Of a stretch of 64,000 nucleotides of DNA, positions 53,955 through 64,000 are shown in pieces. The stretch's first letter is position 1; every line of letters begins with the position of its first letter. The notes below the pieces were generated by a model. The model was not told the origin of the DNA and ran no database searches. It was given only the letters and a program-made list of their open reading frames with translations. The translations under genes and the position numbers were made by a program. The DNA is from Balanoglossus misakiensis (Eukaryota > Animalia > Hemichordata). Location: NCBI GenBank assembly GCA_040954595.2, contig CM082589.2:5763186-5827185 (forward strand). Reading direction: 5' to 3'.

Positions 53955-55646
53955 CGACGATGGACTTATGTGGGACGTGTTATACAAAGAATTACCCTAC
54001 AATGCAATGCAAGTGATTTTTGATGGCAGTACCTTTGTCCGTCGTCCATGACGATTCGAGTGCAGTGCGAAATTTGGATTCTCCGCAGGCGATGGGAACC
54101 ATTCTGTTATGGACAGTGAAAATATTTTAAACGACAAAATTTTCAAGTGTATTTATCGTCGGTTGCAATCATTATCAACTGCCATTGTAACAACTTTGTG
54201 GACTAGGCAAACCTACACGCGTGGCCAGCACTGAACTTGTGATGGAGGCGGAACCTTATAGCCATGAGTGTGTAACATTAATCAAAAAGTGACAAGAGTA
54301 AACTAAGGCACCAGCCTATGAAGATCGACAGGAGAATTATGCAATACATGTATTTCTACAGAGAATACTTCATGTCTTTAGTGTGATAATCTTGATGAAT
54401 AACGCTGCACTGCCCGCGAAGGACGGGAACTTTAATCCAAGGAAGTGCGGAAACTTTATTTAAAACGTGATACCAAACTTTTAATATTTGCTGGGGAGCC
54501 AACTTTCCTTGTGAACTGATATGTTTGATAATTTGGAATTTTGACCTTTCTAGAGTTAATTGCATCATTTATTTTCTCTTCAAAGAGAATTTTCATGTTC
54601 TTGTTATACATGTGCATTTCTAGTAGTATGACACTTAGTTACTTTTGCTGTTGTACAGGGTTTGAGTACCAGTGTATGTGCTGTGGAGAAATTGCTGGTG
54701 TTTTTATATGCCAATGAAGCCAGCTAATAACTTGAATTTTACTAAATTATCTTATAAATTTATGTTCATAGTGCATTCTATTACATGTATCCAATAATCC
54801 CTATTGGGATAATTAATTACTGAAAGGGAATGTGCACCTGGTAAATTTTATTCAGCTTCATGTAAACTGGTAACTGATCTTATGGATCAACATTCCTGCC
54901 AGTTTCCAAAAGATGTTTTGACTTGATAAATTATCATTTGTTGCTACAGTGCAGCAACATATTTACATTGAATAATTTATGTGTGCACTTGCTTATATTA
55001 TAGTTAGAAAATGAGATATACTGAGTAGTACAGAATTGAATTTGTTTTGCATATCAATGCATAATTAAAAAATTCCAGGGGAGGAATTGACGCTGAATAT
55101 ATGATTTATGCTGGTACATGTATCAGACTTTAGCGGACTTGCATTGTAACACAAGAAAATCAAATACACAGAATCCTTTTACCATTTTGTGCCTGTCAAC
55201 TTTCATCGCATTGTAGCTTGGCACATCCTCCTCTGTGATAATTACTGCATACATTTGAACTGGTAATTTAGTAATAAACTTCTGACCCATTTTTTTTCTC
55301 CATCTGTGACATTGATGTGTGTCAGTCTTATTGGCTTGAAACACAGGTGCCCACAATGTTGATATTGGATGGTTTCTGTTGTGTACCACTATGAGGGTTT
55401 TTGTATATAAATGGTAGTATGCTACAGAGGCTGTTTGATATCAGCATTTTCAGGCACCTGTGGCTTGGAAAGCCCAACGGGAAATTTTGGTGTGAACACT
55501 ACTTTTTTGAGATATTGGATACAATGTTTATTTTCAAATGTTTTATTTTACCTGTACATGTAAGTTAGCCACCAAGGATTTGAAACTTCATTTCAAGCAT
55601 AATACATGATTTATGTTACTGGATTTCCAACTTTCATGTTGGGGTT

Positions 55647-55860
55647 GTTTTAAGGGAATGGATGAGTGGCACAGTTTTTAAGGGAATGGGTGAGTAACAC
55701 AGTTTTTAAGGGAATGGGTGAGTAACACAGTTTTTAAGGGAATGGGTGAGTAATTTGACGAAAGCAAAAATGAATTCGAAGAACAAGAATATAGATTTGA
55801 AGAACAAGAATATAGATTTGAAGAACAAGAATATAGATTTGAAGAACACAAATATAATTT
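55647..55860. repeat. Compound minisatellite: ~4x 28-bp units followed by ~4x 21-bp units
   Basis: GTTTTTAAGGGAATGGGTGAGTAACACA units at 55647/55674/55702/55730; GAAGAACAAGAATATAGATTT units at 55778/55799/55820/55841. Confidence 0.92.
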
Positions 55861-56373
55861 GACCAAAGCAAACGTGAAATTGAAGAATAAAAATAAAATT
55901 ATACAACAAGAAAATAGTTTTTCAAGAATATTGCAACGTTTGGCTTGCCATAAACTGTTTCTTGGTATTTGTGTGCCTGCATGTGTATGTATATATGTAA
56001 CAGTATGTCTGTTTATGTGATGGAAACTGCAAGACATCTTGTGCATGTGTCTTGATCATATACCCTGGCCTTGAGAAGGGTTTGTGCTGCAGCACACTAT
56101 TGCACTACAGTTCACTATTTCCGTTTGGAACAAGATTTAGGAACCATAATCTTGGTGGCCAATCTGCATCTTTGTATTTCATCATGAACTTTGACCCCAT
56201 GGTGTGTGGCAGTGGGGCGCCCCCGGCGACCAAGAAAATACTTCATAACGAGGCTCAACCTCGAGGTGTGCGTGTATCATTGTGTATCAGGAGTTTATGG
56301 ACTAACTATAAGCTGCCAAAAAACAACCCGAAATAGCTTATTTCTCGAACTTTTGACGACATATTTGATAAAT

Positions 56374-63228
<6,855 letters not shown>

Positions 63229-64000
63229 ATCGAAGGGGGTATGTGGAGACTTGGCTTTGGCCATGGGAAGGATGTGGTTATAAAAAATCTATTCAACAAA
63301 AGTGTTTGGAAGTACAATAGATTTAGTGGGTGGAAAAGTAATAATAATCATTATAGGTATTAGAGGTTATTGATGAATCATGATGTAATAGAAGTATAGG
63401 AATATTGAATTCAAGCAGCTTACTTCACACTTGTTAATGCCTCTCAGGGATAATCGATTTTGATACCTGTCTGTGTGTGTGTGTGTCTGTCTCTCTCATA
63501 TATCACATCACATGTAGGATAATGACACAAAACATATTGTGACAACACTGAAGTTGAGGATATCCATAAAAAAATATTTCCTTGTGGAACCCACTTTTCA
63601 TGTTTTCTAATTTGCTCTCACGATATTTCAGAAAAGCAACAGAGATAAACTGTACGTACGCCTGACCTTAGTCTTATTGGCCTGTTTATTTTTTGTCAGC
63701 CTGTTATCCCTTTTTGTTCTTGTTCTCAGCATTTTATTAAATGTTTGTTAAGATATGTCAAGGTTTGATTTCTTTTGACTTTGAAATGCATGTATAGTTT
63801 TTGATACCTAAGGGTGTAAAGGATAATATCCCTGCATCAACTGATAAAATTCCTACCTTTTGAAGCTTTTATCTCGGGGTAAACTACAAAACAGACTTTC
63901 TCAGAAAAACAGTTTTATAACAAACATTTTTATTTGCAACAAGTATATAAAACTAACATTAGAGTACATGTATATGTATTCAAAAAGGTTGTGTTAAAGG

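Overview
Eukaryotic (metazoan) genomic DNA with GT-AG introns. Gene content suggests an invertebrate deuterostome such as a hemichordate or echinoderm (inference). Five protein-coding genes were reconstructed by hand with phase-consistent exons: a 20-exon ADGRD1/GPR133-like adhesion GPCR (+, 15840-31978, 710 aa), an intronless Mos kinase (+, 39241-40341), CCDC25 (-, 7 exons, 208 aa) head-to-head with BLCAP (+, 79 aa), and a 20-exon KH-DEAD-box helicase DDX43 (+, 56374-63228, 723 aa). The most unusual structure is a 4.6-kb head-to-tail array of ~557-bp units at 4284-8902. Each full unit carries a tRNA-like Pol III cassette (A box, B box, immediate oligo-T) on the minus strand next to an 85-bp nested palindrome built from 27-bp subrepeats. 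Other points: a 20-bp hairpin containing CRE/YY1 sites between CCDC25 and BLCAP; an N-terminally extended Mos with a uORF and CPE/PBE/Musashi motifs in its 3'UTR; a minimal aGPCR ectodomain with an HT|T GPS site; clustered nuclear-receptor direct repeats. No database searches were possible, and family calls rest on recalled motifs.
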